A stretch of 63,128 bases of DNA, filler included, from Octopus bimaculoides (lineage: Eukaryota): assembly GCF_001194135.2 (NCBI RefSeq). It is 3 parts of 3 records of this genome, joined end to end, with 100 filler letters (N's around TTAATTAATTAA, not from the genome) between each part and the next. Parts side by side here need not be neighbours in the genome. Positions count along the whole stretch, not along the records: positions 1 to 27,170 come from NC_069001.1; 2 more parts are not named here. One strand, written 5' to 3'. Below the pieces are notes generated by a model. The model searched no databases. It was not told where the DNA came from and saw only the letters and a list, made by a program, of their open reading frames with translations. The position numbers were made by a program, and so were the translations under genes. Below are positions 1 to 12,628 of this stretch, piece by piece; position 1 is the stretch's first letter; every line of letters starts with the position of its first letter.

Positions 1-40
1 TTTTTTTTGTAGATGTCCTGTCACTGTGTGTATGTGTTTT

Positions 41-93
<53 letters not shown>

Positions 94-1288
94 ATATACA
101 CAGTGTCTATGAAGTCCATGTGCAATTTACAAAGATACAAGTATTTTGAATTGCACATGGACTTTATAGACACCTTGTATATCCTAGTATGTATGTTTCT
201 AATGCTTAAGATATAGCACTTGACACAAGCACCGAGTCTTATTTTAGCAATTACACACAAACATATATATATAATTCCAATACATGAATAGATAAGTTGA
301 AAGTTTGAAACTCACCGTTTTTGTAACAGTCAACAATACCCACGTGTGCATGCCTATAAAAACACACACAGAGTTGATCTATAATTGTACATGACACCAG
401 ATAAATGTCATCAACATTTGTGAAAGGGAAACCAATTATAAAAGGAATTTTAGGAGGGATATTTCTGAAGGGGAGATGTGGAAATTTTTTTAAACTCTCA
501 TCCTTCAAATGACTTTTTAAAAATCAGTTTTTACATTTTTATCCTGTATTAAAATTTCTCTTTTTTTTTTTTTTTTTCCTTGTTTTCCTCCTTCCTTATT
601 TGCAAGAAATCTTTAAGGGAAGGGAGAGGGTGGGATTCTTTCTTTGATAGGAGAAAAAGACTTCTTTCTTCTTCATCACTTTCTTATTGTATTTCTTCCA
701 TTGTGGTGACAATGTAGTAAATCCAATTGAAGTTGTAATAACAACCGTTTAGATTAATGACTTTCAGTACAGTCAACATAGTGTGTTAATAATATTATCA
801 TTATCGTTATTATTATCATTATTAATATTATTAGCATTATTAACACATTTAACTTCCGGCGATGCTACAATGGCAGGCCACCCAAGTTTTAAACAAAAAT
901 GGTTTAAGATCAATTAACCATAAAATGGTTTTTTTTTTTTTTTAAATTTTTTGTTTTGCTGAAATTTTTTTTTTTAAATATTTAGTTTTCATCCTATTTT
1001 TACCATTGCTAAACCTTTAATAATGGGTGTGGTCTGTATTTTTTGTTGTTTTTATGGGTTTTTTTTGGTCCACTACTTACCAAAGTTTAATACAATGTTT
1101 GATTATAAGATACAAAAGTTCCTTAGCTTCATTTTTTTTTTGCTCATTTTTTTTTTATTTTCTTTTATTTTTACATTCTATTGTTCTTTCTGCAAATAAT
1201 ACACCAATATATGAATTATAATAGGAAACTGGCCAATTGGTAACTACACCAGTGTCTTCATCATGTTACCAATTGCCAACACCATACC
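1..1288 (-). other. Putative Roquin 3'UTR (end not determined)
   Basis: TE-free AT-rich sequence directly downstream of the stop codon; AATAAA hexamers occur early (~1154-1169 on the minus strand), so the real length is uncertain. Confidence 0.55.
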
Positions 1289-1350
1289 CTAACTTTCTGC
1301 TATCTCATCAGCTGGTTCAGGATCTGTTATGTAATCATCACTATTTGTGT
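1289..1350 (-). CDS. RC3H1: Roquin terminal coding exon
   Basis: (D)TNSDDYITDPEPADEIAES-stop(TAG); strong acceptor tttttctcttttcctag; phase 1 matches. The 12 exons total 2312 nt = 2 + 770 codons. Confidence 0.85.
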
Positions 1351-1545
1351 CTAGGAAAAGAGAAAAAAAAAAATACATACATATATATATATATATATAC
1401 ACAAAGTGTATATTATAAAAATACAGCTTTCTATATACAACACATACAAACATTTTATTTATACAGACACACACGAACATGTATGCATTATATATAATGT
1501 ATATCTGTGTGTTTGTGTGTGTGTGTATATATATGTGGGTGTGTG

Positions 1546-1586
<41 letters not shown>

Positions 1587-1630
1587 TCACACATGCATAC
1601 ATACATTTTATATATTTATATATATATATC

Positions 1631-1666
<36 letters not shown>

Positions 1667-2663
1667 TACATATACATACATTTTATTTATANNNNNNNNN
1701 NNNNNNNNNNNNNNNNNNNNNNNNNNNNNNNNNNNNNNNNNNNNNNNNNNNNNNNNNNNNNNNNNNNNNNNNNNNNNNNNNNNNNNNNNNNNNNNNNNNN
1801 NNNNNNNNNNNNNNNNNNNNNNNNNNNNNNNNNNNNNNNNNNNNNNNNNNNNNNNNNTATATATATATGCTTGTTTATGTAAAGTTATATATAAAAACAG
1901 TTGAACATTAACTTGAAGATCACTAAATACTTTTTAGTAGAGTACCATATTTATAAATTTTTATAAGGAAAAAGGTCACAGCAACTTTGAAGTTTCAACT
2001 TAGTAGACATCATCAAACTAGAAATTATTGTTCATCATCCCGTCTATATTCACACTACACCCTCTACCCCTACATTTATTCTTGCAATGTCAACCCAGCT
2101 ATCTACTGGTGTCATGAAAAAGTACCCATTATAAGCTATATAGAAAACAGAGAAAAATTAACAGTAAAAAAAAAAAAATCATATAGAAGGGAAAGGATGC
2201 ACAGATACATCAGGAGTAGTGTTGGTGAATTTTAGGAAGCATGATATCTTTGGAAGTATACAGTGACATGACAACTATTCCATGATTTGATAATTCTGAA
2301 CATGAAAAAAATAATTTTTTTTTCCAAAAGTCAAGTGTACTGCTGCTGTGTTTTGATTTCATAAGCATGTCTCCAAGTGGTAGAGAAATTGAATGGAAAA
2401 ATAGGGAGCCAAAGCAGTTATTAGAAAGGTGGATGATCCTAGTGGGCTAAAATTAAGTCAGCAGTTAGATTTTGAAACTAGTGTGTCATGCTCTAACCCT
2501 AACCCTTAAGCATTTAAATCAACCATATCTGACCCAAATATTCTACCCGTTTTATGTAGCCTCTCACACCTACCCAGAATAACATTCTTAATTCAAAACA
2601 ATGTGAATAAATAAGCAGTACATTTAACAATCAGAATGCTAAAGGGTTAAATATACAACTGAC

Positions 2664-2802
2664 CTTTGACCTTTTGGACAAGTTCTTCAATGACAAGATC
2701 CTCAGCATACTGTCTGTCTTCTTGTTCTTGTTTCCTTTTCTTGTTCAACATATTTGATTCTTTTAGCTGTGCTTCCAAAGCCATGTGTAGACTTTTCATT
2801 TT
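2664..2802 (-). CDS. RC3H1: Roquin exon, coiled coil (absent from ORF track)
   Basis: KMKSLHMALEAQLKESNMLNKKRKQEQEDRQYAEDLVIEELVQKVK; acceptor gttttatcacag, donor gtcagt; phase 0 to 1. Confidence 0.87.
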
Positions 2803-3426
2803 CTGTGATAAAACAACATTAAGAACTTCAGATCAAACAGTCGGCACGCCCATACATCAACAGGCCAGTGGATAAGAACAGTACCACCCTTAATTAAGGA
2901 ATAGACGTTCCTAGTTCAAATCTAGTACGGGGTTGATATGAATACATCCATAAATAAGACACCTAGATGTCTGATGACAATCAGAGATCAACTAAGTAAA
3001 ACACAGTGAAGATTATCAACATCGCTGTTTTGACATTCACTTTTCCATGCTTGCATGGGTCAGATAAATTCTTCTCACTAGCCCTCACAGTATCCATGTA
3101 AGATATTCCCCCATGACCAGAGGTGTTTCCACAGAAGATTGAAAACAAAGGACACAGAAAATGATTGTCAATGTTGTACAAGCAATCATCATGCAATGTC
3201 AACACACACACACCACCTTCTAAATTCCACTCACAAGGTATTGGTCAACCTGAAACTACAGTAGAAGACACTCACCCAAAACGCCAGACTGTGGGAACAA
3301 GCCCAGAACCATGCAGTAGTGACAAAGCAGACTTATTAACCACATGGCTATCCCAACTTTATTTATTAATTAAAATATTATTAATAGAATATAGGAAATT
3401 ATGATTAATAAACAATTAATTTAATA

Positions 3427-4724
3427 CAGGATGGGGCAGAAAAGACAGACATTTTTGAAATAGCTATCATTCAACCCCAGAGGGAGGGACATATGTCCAA
3501 CAGGTACCATTCGGTCCGTGGTGTCTTAGCATTTTTTCTTCTTTTCAGATGAAGCCATGGCACTAGGGAAAATAGAGCATCACGTGTTTGCCTACGATAG
3601 TTACATGAAGAATAACAAGTCTGTCACAGCAGTTCAGTGTGAGTTTCGGCACCACTTCAACGTCCACTGAAATCAGGCTGTTCCCACCCGTAACACAATC
3701 TTACATTGGGTGAATGCACTTTGTACACGAGGTACACTAATCAATAGGAGACTGGTGGGGGTGCCACAAACAGTATGGACCCCAGAAAATGTGGAACACA
3801 TCAGACAAGCTTCAATATAGAGTCAAAATTGCTCTGCTCGGAGGCATGCTACTGAACTAGGCATCAGTAATCAGTTATGCATTTCCACCTGTACAAATTA
3901 GTCATTGTGCAACAGTTGAAACCATGGGACTATGCACAGCAGCTTAACTTCACACATCAGATGGAAGAAATTTTTGAGGCAAATGACAACCTCATTTTGT
4001 TAATGGGTGATGAAGCTCATTTTCATCTCAATGGCATGGTGTTGTTATTGGGCTCTTGAAAATCTGCGAGAACTGCATGAAAGACCACTCCACAACCCCA
4101 AATTGATGGTCTGGTGTGCTGTTGGAAAAGCTGCAGTCATTGGTCCTTACTTTTTTGAAGATAATAATAGAAATGCTGTTACTGTGAACTCGAAGCGTTA
4201 CATCGAGATGATAAACAACTTCTTTGTACCTGAATTATGTCAAAAACATATGCCTATTTGACGTGTGTGGTTTCAGCAGGATGGGGCAACAGCCCACACA
4301 GCCAGAACATCAACAGATGTTCTTTGCCCCCTCTTCGGTGACCATCTCATTTCCAGGTTTGCTGACATTTCTTGGTTCCCTCTGTCCCCTGATTTGTACA
4401 TGTGTGATTATTTGTGTGGAAACCTCAAGGCATGCATTTATGCGTATAAGCCCCATACAGTGGACAATTTGAAGGAAGCAATTTGCATGGAAGTCGCCCA
4501 AATCGACAGAGCAATGCTGGAGAGAGTGGAGGCCAACTTCCAAGAACACCTTCAGAAATGCATCAATGAAAACAGACACCACAAGATAGATGTTGTTTTC
4601 CACACTTGATTTTGACAAATGCTAATTCAATACGAACACATTGATGTCAATAAAATTTGTTTGCAGCAAAAATTAATGATTTTGTGAATTTTTCAAAAAC
4701 GTCTGTCCTCTCTGCCCCACCCTG
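3427..4724 (+). mobile_element. Decayed Tc1/mariner transposon, DD41D (rosa-like) type
   Basis: TA flanks at 3425-3426 and 4725-4726; TIRs CAGGATGGGGCAGAAAAGACAGAC.../...GTCTGTCCTCTCTGCCCCACCCTG; broken transposase with DEAHFHLNG and WFQQDGATAHT...SPDLYMCD; 41 residues between the last two Asp. Confidence 0.9.
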
Positions 4725-5038
4725 TATATATAATTAGTTTAATATATGTGAATATCAGGAAGATTATTGCTAATTATCATCATCATCATCGTTTAACATC
4801 CGCTTTCCATGCTAGCATGGGTTGGACGATTTGACTGAGGACTGGTGAAACCGGATGGCAACAACAGACTCCAATCTGATCTGGTAGAGTTTCTACAGCT
4901 GGATGCCCTTCCTAACGCCAACCACTCTGAGAGTGTAGTGTGTGCTTTTATGTGCCACCGGCAAGAAAAAATAAAGTGGTTTACATACTTCTATACAAAG
5001 AACAAATGAAATTAGAGAGTACAATTGTTTAAACATAC

Positions 5039-5168
5039 CAGCGTAATCTGTAAGTTAATGGTACGTAGTTCAAGGTCTAATTTCTCTCCATCGGTACTCG
5101 CAATCTGAGATTGTTGAGCTAACTGCGATAGTTCCTTTTTGATCTTGCTGTTGCTCTTGTCTTGCAGA
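5039..5168 (-). CDS. RC3H1: Roquin exon, coiled coil (absent from ORF track)
   Basis: LQDKSNSKIKKELSQLAQQSQIASTDGEKLDLELRTINLQITL, similar to human EQLRLELQQLNHQI; acceptor gtctattccag, donor gtatgt; phase 2 to 0. Confidence 0.9.
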
Positions 5169-7531
5169 CTGGAATAGACAATACAACACACACAATAAAA
5201 ATAAATGTAATATATTTAAATGGCAATGAAAAGAAAAAAAAAATCATAAACAACCAATAAAATAGCTCAACCACAGTCGAAGAAGTACTATGCAAATGGT
5301 GGTGGTGGTACTCCTAGTAGGGGTACTAGAGAGTACATCAATGCCAATGTTCACTTTTCCATACTTGCATTGCATGGATGGAATTTGTTGAACTAGATTT
5401 TCTACAGCTAAATGCTCTTTCAGTTGCCAACCCTCATCTGTCTCTATAAGTTTCAAGCAAAGTAATATTTCTGTATGGCTGGACATGTTTTCATGGAAGA
5501 TTGGAAACGAAGGACACTGCTTGTACAATGTCATAGCAAGGACACAAATGCACACAGAGAATGTGTATTAAGGCTACCACTGGTTTCATGTCAAGAAAAA
5601 TATCTTAACTTTTTCAAGCCAATCACATGGAGAAATAGTGTTCATCTCCATTTTGGATGAAAACTCAGTCTCATAGAAAGTCACAAGTCTGTGTTTTCAT
5701 CCAAAATGGAGACAAACACCATTCTTCCAAGTGATCAGCTTGAAAAAGTGATAAGATATTTTCCTAACATGAAACCAATGGTAACTTTAATACACAAAGA
5801 AATTCTATCTACCAATGTGGTGTTGAGCACTCATTTTCGTCATTCGACATTTTATNNNNNNNNNNNNNNNNNNNNNNNNNNNNNNNNNNNNNNNNNNNNN
5901 NNNNNNNNNNNNNNNNNNNNNNNNNNNNNNNNNNNNNNNNNNNNNNNNNNNNNNNNNNNNNNNNNNNNNNNNNNNNNNNNNNNNNNNNNNNNNNNNNNNN
6001 NNNNNNNNNNNNNNNNNNNNNNNNNNNNNNNNNNNNNNNNNNNNNNNNNNNNNNNNNNNNNNNNNNNNNNNNNNNNNNNNNNNNNNNNNNNNNNNNNNNN
6101 NNNNNNNNNNNNNNNNNNNNNNNNNNNNNNNNNNNNNNNNNNNNNNNNNNNNNNNNNNNNNNNNNNNNNNNNNNNNNNNNNNNNNNNNNNNNNNNNNNNN
6201 NNNNNNNNNNNNNNNNNNNNNNNNNNNNNNNNNNNNNNNNNNNNNNNNNNNNNNNNNNNNNNNNNNNNNNNNNNNNNNNNNNNNNNNNNNNNNNNNNNNN
6301 NNNNNNNNNNNNNNNNNNNNNNNNNNNNNNNNNNNNNNNNNNNNNNNNNNNNNNNNNNNNNNNNNNNNNNNNNNNNNNNNNNNNNNNNNNNNNNNNNNNN
6401 NNNNNNNNNNNNNNNNNNNNNNNNNNNNNNNNNNNNNNNNNNNNNNNNNNNNNNNNNNNNNNNNNNNNNNNNNNNNNNNNNNNNNNNNNNNNNNNNNNNN
6501 NNNNNNNNNNNNNNNNNNNNNNNNNNNNNNNNNNNNNNNNNNNNNNNNNNNNNNNNNNNNNNNNNNNNNNNNNNNNNNNNNNNNNNNNNNNNNNNNNNNN
6601 NNNNNNNNNNNNNNNNNNNNNNNNNNNNNNNNNNNNNNNNNNTATATATATATATATATATATATGTATATCATACTATGAATCTGCTTACAGAAATGCA
6701 TAGCCCACCACAATTACTAAAATGTATTGTTATAGAAATAAGCAAAACAGCAAATAAAAAAAAAATGAGGTGAGTTTTGAAAAGTCACCTCAGTAGACAC
6801 ATCTGTACCTATGATGCATCACAATTGTTTGTACAGCATCTCACCAGAAAGGTGCCAGTGCATAATGAGTCAAAACAATTTTAGTGGTTCAGAAATATAG
6901 TCACATGAGTTCCATTTTCTTTCTTTTTTATAAACTATGGACACAAAGAAATTCCAATAGTAAATCCAGTTGAATATACCCTTGCAAACAGGCTTGAAAC
7001 AGCACACTACAAGGTCTATACCCAAATTGATAATATATATACATATCATCATCGTTTAACGTCTGCTTTCCATGCTAGCATGGGTTGGACGATTTGACTG
7101 AGGACTGGTGGAGCCCGAAGGCTACACCAGGCTCCAATCTGATTTGGCTAAGTTTTTACAGCTGGATGCCCTTCCTAACACCAACCACTCCGAGAGTGTA
7201 GTAGGTGCTGTTACGTGTCACCCGCACATATATATATTTATTTATTTATTACACACACATCTACAAGATATAATGAAAGTCAAGCTTTGTTGGATATATC
7301 TTAAAATTACATGAAATGTCTAAATTGTCATTTAAAATAACACAAAACTCAATGAAGCCTGGCATTCTTGGACACCCTCACCATCATTTTCACACCTGCT
7401 TTCCATGCCTGGTAAGAGTTGGATGAATCATCATAGCACAAGTATTTTTCATTCTTGAAAATTAGTCAGAAAACCATGTCTCACTCAAAATGCTCCCTAT
7501 ACACACACAATAGCAAAAACCTTTGACTCAC

Positions 7532-7770
7532 CTTTCTTGAAAGTTCCAAAGTGTATACGGTTCACCTGAATTAGTTGTGTTTTCATCAGTAGTTTCAATG
7601 GTCTCAGGCAGACTTGAGGAGACAAACGGCTTGGCATCAGGCCGCAGCTGGCTTTGATTGGAGTTTGTTATCACAATGTTTTTGTAACTAGATGGCGCTA
7701 AAGAAGAGCTCACCATATAATTGTGTTCATAGGGTGTAGAAGCTGTGGCAGGAATCACCTGAGGTGTGTT
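7532..7770 (-). CDS. RC3H1: Roquin exon
   Basis: NTPQVIPATASTPYEHNYMV...TLWNFQE(S); acceptor tttattttaaag, donor gtgagt; phase 0 to 2. Confidence 0.85.
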
Positions 7771-8406
7771 CTTTAAAATAAACAAAAACACATTTCTCAT
7801 CAATTGTAATCAATAAAAGTGATGAAGATTAAAAGAACTGGACAAGGTAAATACAAAGATTCATGGATTCTTAGATCAAAGATTGACGGAATAGTTTGAA
7901 AATAAATGTGTCTGCCTGTGCTTGCAAGTGCATGTGTGCATGGAGCATGCACGCATGTTCAAGAGAGAGGTGTATGTGTGCTTAAAAGAAAGAAATACAA
8001 AGGCAGAGGGTTTGCATGTATTAAGGGTAAGGTTGAGTGCAAAAACAAGCATGAACTGAGGTACAGTTTTATAAAGTGAGGTACAGTTTACACAAAGTAC
8101 CCTAGACTGAATAGGAACAATTAAAATAATCAAAATCATTCTAGTAAGGAACCAAAAGTATAATGAGAAATCATAAATTGTGTAGCTCTCTCTCTTCCAT
8201 TCTGTTTTAAAATGGAACAATGGGATTTGAAAATTTAGTTGTTATCTCTAGCATGTCAAGAGACCATGTAGAGGTTTACTCGTTAGCTCAAAACCTCTTA
8301 TGTGATGAGAATGGAAGATAATTTAAGTTGCAATAGTTATTGAGAAATTTCAGGCAAATTTTTTATTCCACTTTCAACGAAATCCTAAAAGAGAAAGCCC
8401 TCTTAC

Positions 8407-8533
8407 CCCTTCGGCAGTAACTTGCACTGGGCAAGTTGTCTTGTCTTTCACCTTGGTACGAGAAATGGGACCAAACTTTGACACAATTGGTGGATCAAAA
8501 GGAATGAAGTCATCATTCTCGCCATGGGAATGT
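8407..8533 (-). CDS. RC3H1: Roquin exon with conserved DDFIPF...SKFGPISR motif
   Basis: HSHGENDDFIPFDPPIVSKFGPISRTKVKDKTTCPVQVTAEG versus human [21 protein letters not shown]...GPMQAMAPQG; acceptor ttttattttcag, donor gtaaga; phase 2 to 0. Confidence 0.93.
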
Positions 8534-10177
8534 CTGAAAATAAAAAAAACAATAAATGAGAAGATGAAAGACAAAACTAACTAAAACTACCTCCAATATA
8601 ATAATGTCTTTAGCATTCACAGATAACTACTTCTTCCTCTTTCTTGCACCATCAAATTGTTGGACAACTCTTGGGGGGGACTTCCTTGACAACTGTGTTT
8701 TTCATAAAAAAATTCATGAAATCATACAAAATTAGTTCCCCATTGCCTTAAACTATTTTTGTTAATATTATTTTTAGTTCAACCATGTTGTATGTTAATT
8801 AGTTCACTTCCCAATCACATGGTTTCAGGTTCAGTCCCACTGCATGGAACCTTGGGCAAGTATCTTCTACTATAGCCCCATGACAGCCAAAACCTTGTGA
8901 GTGGATTTGGTAGAGGAAAACTGAAAGAAGCCATTGTAATTTATGTCCTTGTCTTGACATCACGTGATACTTGTAAATGTGCACTGGTACTCCATCAGTT
9001 ACGATGATGAGGGTTCCAGTTGATCCAAGCAATGGAACAGCCTGCTCATAAAATTAACATGCAAGTGGTTGAGCACTCCACAGGTACATGTATCCTTAAT
9101 GTAGTTCTCAGGGAGATTCAGTGTGACACAGAATGAGACACAAAATGTGACAAGGATGGCACTTTGAAACACAGGTATTATTCATTTTTGCTGAGTGAAC
9201 TGAGCAACGTGAAAGTGTTGTGCTCAAAGACACCATGTTGTCAGATATTGAACTCACAACCTTATGATTATGAGTTGAATACCCTTAACTACTTAGCCAC
9301 ACACCTTTACAAATGAATATCAATGTCATGCAAACAGTGTCATTTGTTTCCAATCAATGAAAACATGCCCAGCCTTGAGGAAATATCACCTTACTTGGAA
9401 ACAACGGCTGGTGACAGGTAAAGTGTCCAACCATAGAAATTCTGCCTGACCCATACATACATGGAAAAGCAGATATTAAAATAAACAGATGCCTTCTTGC
9501 TGAATATAACCAATTCTATGAGAGAGAAAGAGGAAAACTGAAGCAGCAGCATCTATTTTTGACTGGCACTTTATCAATCCTAAAAGGATAAAATACAAAT
9601 TTTGACTCTGGTAGACATTGAACTCAGAGAGCATAGAAAGCCTAAATAAATACTGCAGGATGGCATTCCATTCACTGTTCTAATGATTAATCATTTTGAA
9701 GTCTATTACAGACAACACTTGATCCAACAGAATTAATTTTTAATTATTTCTTTTTCATGTTTTTACTTAATGTATCAACTAAATTATGACATCTGAGTAC
9801 CAAAGGAATTCTGAACTGGAAGCAGTGACAGAATTACAGATGGGAATAAACCCAACTTATTTACACAAACTACACAAACATGCTATTACCATATTCAATG
9901 GCATTAAAGACACAGGCATATCGGATACATTCCAATTTTAGCACTGCATAGTCAAAAAGGAAGTGTTTAGTGCATTAAAGCTTGTAATTTAGGCTTATGA
10001 GAAGCCAAACTTTGCTCACAGTACCCAGGGTGATTTTCTGAGATTTTTTTTTTTTTTAAGTGCTTTATATGCCGTTAAATACGGTAAATTTTAGACAGTA
10101 GCTGAGGTAATGTGAAGATATGACCAACCGTTAAAGGATTAAACACTATTAACCAAGTAGAAATAAGAAAATAATAC

Positions 10178-10263
10178 CTAGCAAAATCTTCTCTCGAATC
10201 CTCATAGATATCTTTCTTTGGAGAATCAATATTACTAAATATATTGAACACTGATGAATGGTC
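10178..10263 (-). CDS. RC3H1: Roquin short exon (absent from ORF track)
   Basis: DHSSVFNIFSNIDSPKKDIYEDSREDFA(R); acceptor tttctgttttag, donor gtatta. This 86-nt exon supplies exactly the phase 0 to 2 change needed between the flanking exons. Confidence 0.85.
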
Positions 10264-10799
10264 CTAAAACAGAAATTGATTTTTGTAAATAAAAGAAACA
10301 ACACAAAACATATGTATATATACATCACTGATTTTCTGGTAGCTTTGGTTCTAGACTTGTACTGGACTAGCAAAAGTTTTTTTTTTTTTAACATACCCAG
10401 GCCTATTCCCCATGTTTTTAGGAGGGGGTAGCCATACACATGCACCAAGCATTCCATTCATTTCACAGCTCAAAGAGGCGAGCCCCATTCTATACTCGGG
10501 CCAAGGCATAGAACGTAACCCCCAATATTAGCAGCGGGGCCTAACAGCATATGCTGGTTTACCCCCGCCNNNNNNNNNNNNNNNNNNNNNNNNNNNNNNN
10601 NNNNNNNNNNNNNNNNNNNNNNNNNNNNNNNNNNNNNNNNNNNNNNNNNNNNNNNNNNNNNNNNNNNNNNNNNNNNNNNNNNNNNNNNNNNNNNNNNNNN
10701 NNNNNNNNNNNNNNNNNNNNNNNNNNNNNNNNNNNNNNNNNNNNNNNNNNNNNNNNNNNNNNNNNNNNNNNNNNNNNNNNNNNNNNNNNNNNNCCCCCC

Positions 10800-11270
10800 C
10801 CAATCCGCTGTCACATGATCCCAGATACTTCAAAACACTCACCATTTATACTTACATCCATCCTACCAGCCATTCCATCTCTCAAACATCATCACCTTAC
10901 TCTTAGCTACATTCACTTTCCTCCTCTCACACTCTCTTACAAACTACCACCAGTCTCCTCAGTTGCTCTTCCAAATCCACCACCAGTGCTGTATCATCAG
11001 CCAACAAAAACTGACTCACCTGCCATTTCTCTCCATTTTCTCCCACCATTTGGGCTCCCCTACCAAAAGTTCTAGCATTTACCTATATCACCACACCATC
11101 CATATATAAATTAAACAGCCACAGAGACATCACACAACCGTCTTAACCCCCACCTTCGCATCAAACCACTCACTCACTTCACTACCCACCCTAACACACA
11201 CCCTACTTTCTCTATAAAAACTTTGTACAGCTCCCAACAATCTACCCTCTACTCTATACAAAAGTTACAG
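10800..11270 (-). mobile_element. RTE-like LINE reverse transcriptase fragment in a Roquin intron
   Basis: Decayed minus-strand translation includes FLLADDTALVVDLEEQLRRLVV and KYLGS. Confidence 0.75.
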
Positions 11271-11854
11271 GCTAATAATAATTCAGGGTAAATTCTGAAG
11301 AGACTGCCACCATGTGAAGAAGAGAGGTAGTAGCAGTAAATAAACTTATAAAGGTATCTAGGGAATGCAAGAGAAACAAAACTAGTAATATATTTCATTA
11401 TAATTAACAGTGACTGCAAATTATCAATTTGTATTTAGGGTTAATAATTAGGCTTCAGCTAGGGATCACAGAGCAGAGAAGAAAATAGTAAATATAATTA
11501 TAATAAATCTCGTATTGCATTGCTTGGCCCCTTCAATCCTGGAAACTATCCATAAAACCAGGGTGACGGAGATATGAGAGGGGCTCTGGCATTCAGGTTC
11601 AAGTGCTTATTTGCACAGGCCTGGGTAACACGTGTGTGTCTAGAAGACCAGCAGTTGCTCAACCAAGCAAGTTTACCTTCTTTATGCGCTCTGTGTTTCC
11701 CAAGGGAAAGCCAATACAGGTGAGTGCCAGTGCCATCACAGATATTTCTATTAAAACACATTAAATAAAAGACCCAGGTATTAAGCAACCAACTGGCCAT
11801 CTTGCAAACTTATCATATACTAGTGAGAGAAAACTTTTTAAAAATTCTAATTAA

Positions 11855-12176
11855 CCCTTTTGTTACTATATTTCTTTTAAATTAAGCTACTTTTGTTTCA
11901 GTTAACTCTCAGAATATTGAAGAATTTAGCAAACATTATTAAGCTCATGTTTGAAACTTAACCCTTTTGATACCAACCTGCCTGAAACTGCTCCAGGTTC
12001 TATGAAATAAACTTACTATTTTGAAGTGGTCTAAGTTATAATCTTCCATCAAAATTTGTTAATTTCTTACAGATCCCTGTTTAATAATAAGCAAGTTATT
12101 TTACTAAATCCTTCATTCTTTTAAGAATTAATTGAAACAAAGGCAGCATGTTAACAGAAATATGGTAGCAAAAAAG
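11855..12176. mobile_element. Second TTAA-flanked MITE family (related sequence ~23356-23560)
   Basis: TTAA|CCCTTTTGTTACTATATTTC...GAAATATGGTAGCAAAAAAG|TTAA. Confidence 0.65.
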
Positions 12177-12628
12177 TTAAATATAAACATAATTTGTGTC
12201 ATTGAACCATTAATCTCAGGCAGATTAGCATCAAAAATCTTTAAAAAAAATTTTTTAGATATGTTTTAATTTTGGTAAAGGTATTTGAAACATTCATAAC
12301 AGTGGTGGTGATAGTAGTGGTACTATGAGGGGTGCTGAAAAGTTCCTGGCTTTGGGTAAAACAAAATACAGGCGGATCAGTTAATTATGATTTTATTCAT
12401 ATTCAGCATATTCCCCTCTCAGATTCACAACACCTATTGAAGCAGTCCTGCAATTTTACTAAGCCATGTAAAAGAACTCAGAAGGTTGGGCCTCCAGCCA
12501 GGCCTTTCATGATACCCTTAAAAGCCAGGAACTGTTTAGCACCCCCTTCAATTATGTATTATATTATGATGAGAAAAATTAAAAAAATAGAGTAGATAGC
12601 AAAAGGAAATAGTAATGGTTTGATTTAC

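Noticed and set aside
5244-5555. 103-aa minus-strand ORF between Roquin exons
   Set aside because: Its core is a decayed SINE also seen at ~13320-13480 and ~9330-9480; the real exon is 5039-5168.
11590-11745. C/D-box snoRNA (GTGATGG...CTGA on the minus strand), prompted by SNORD90 in vertebrate RC3H2
   Set aside because: Imperfect C box, spacing of about 140 nt and no terminal stem.
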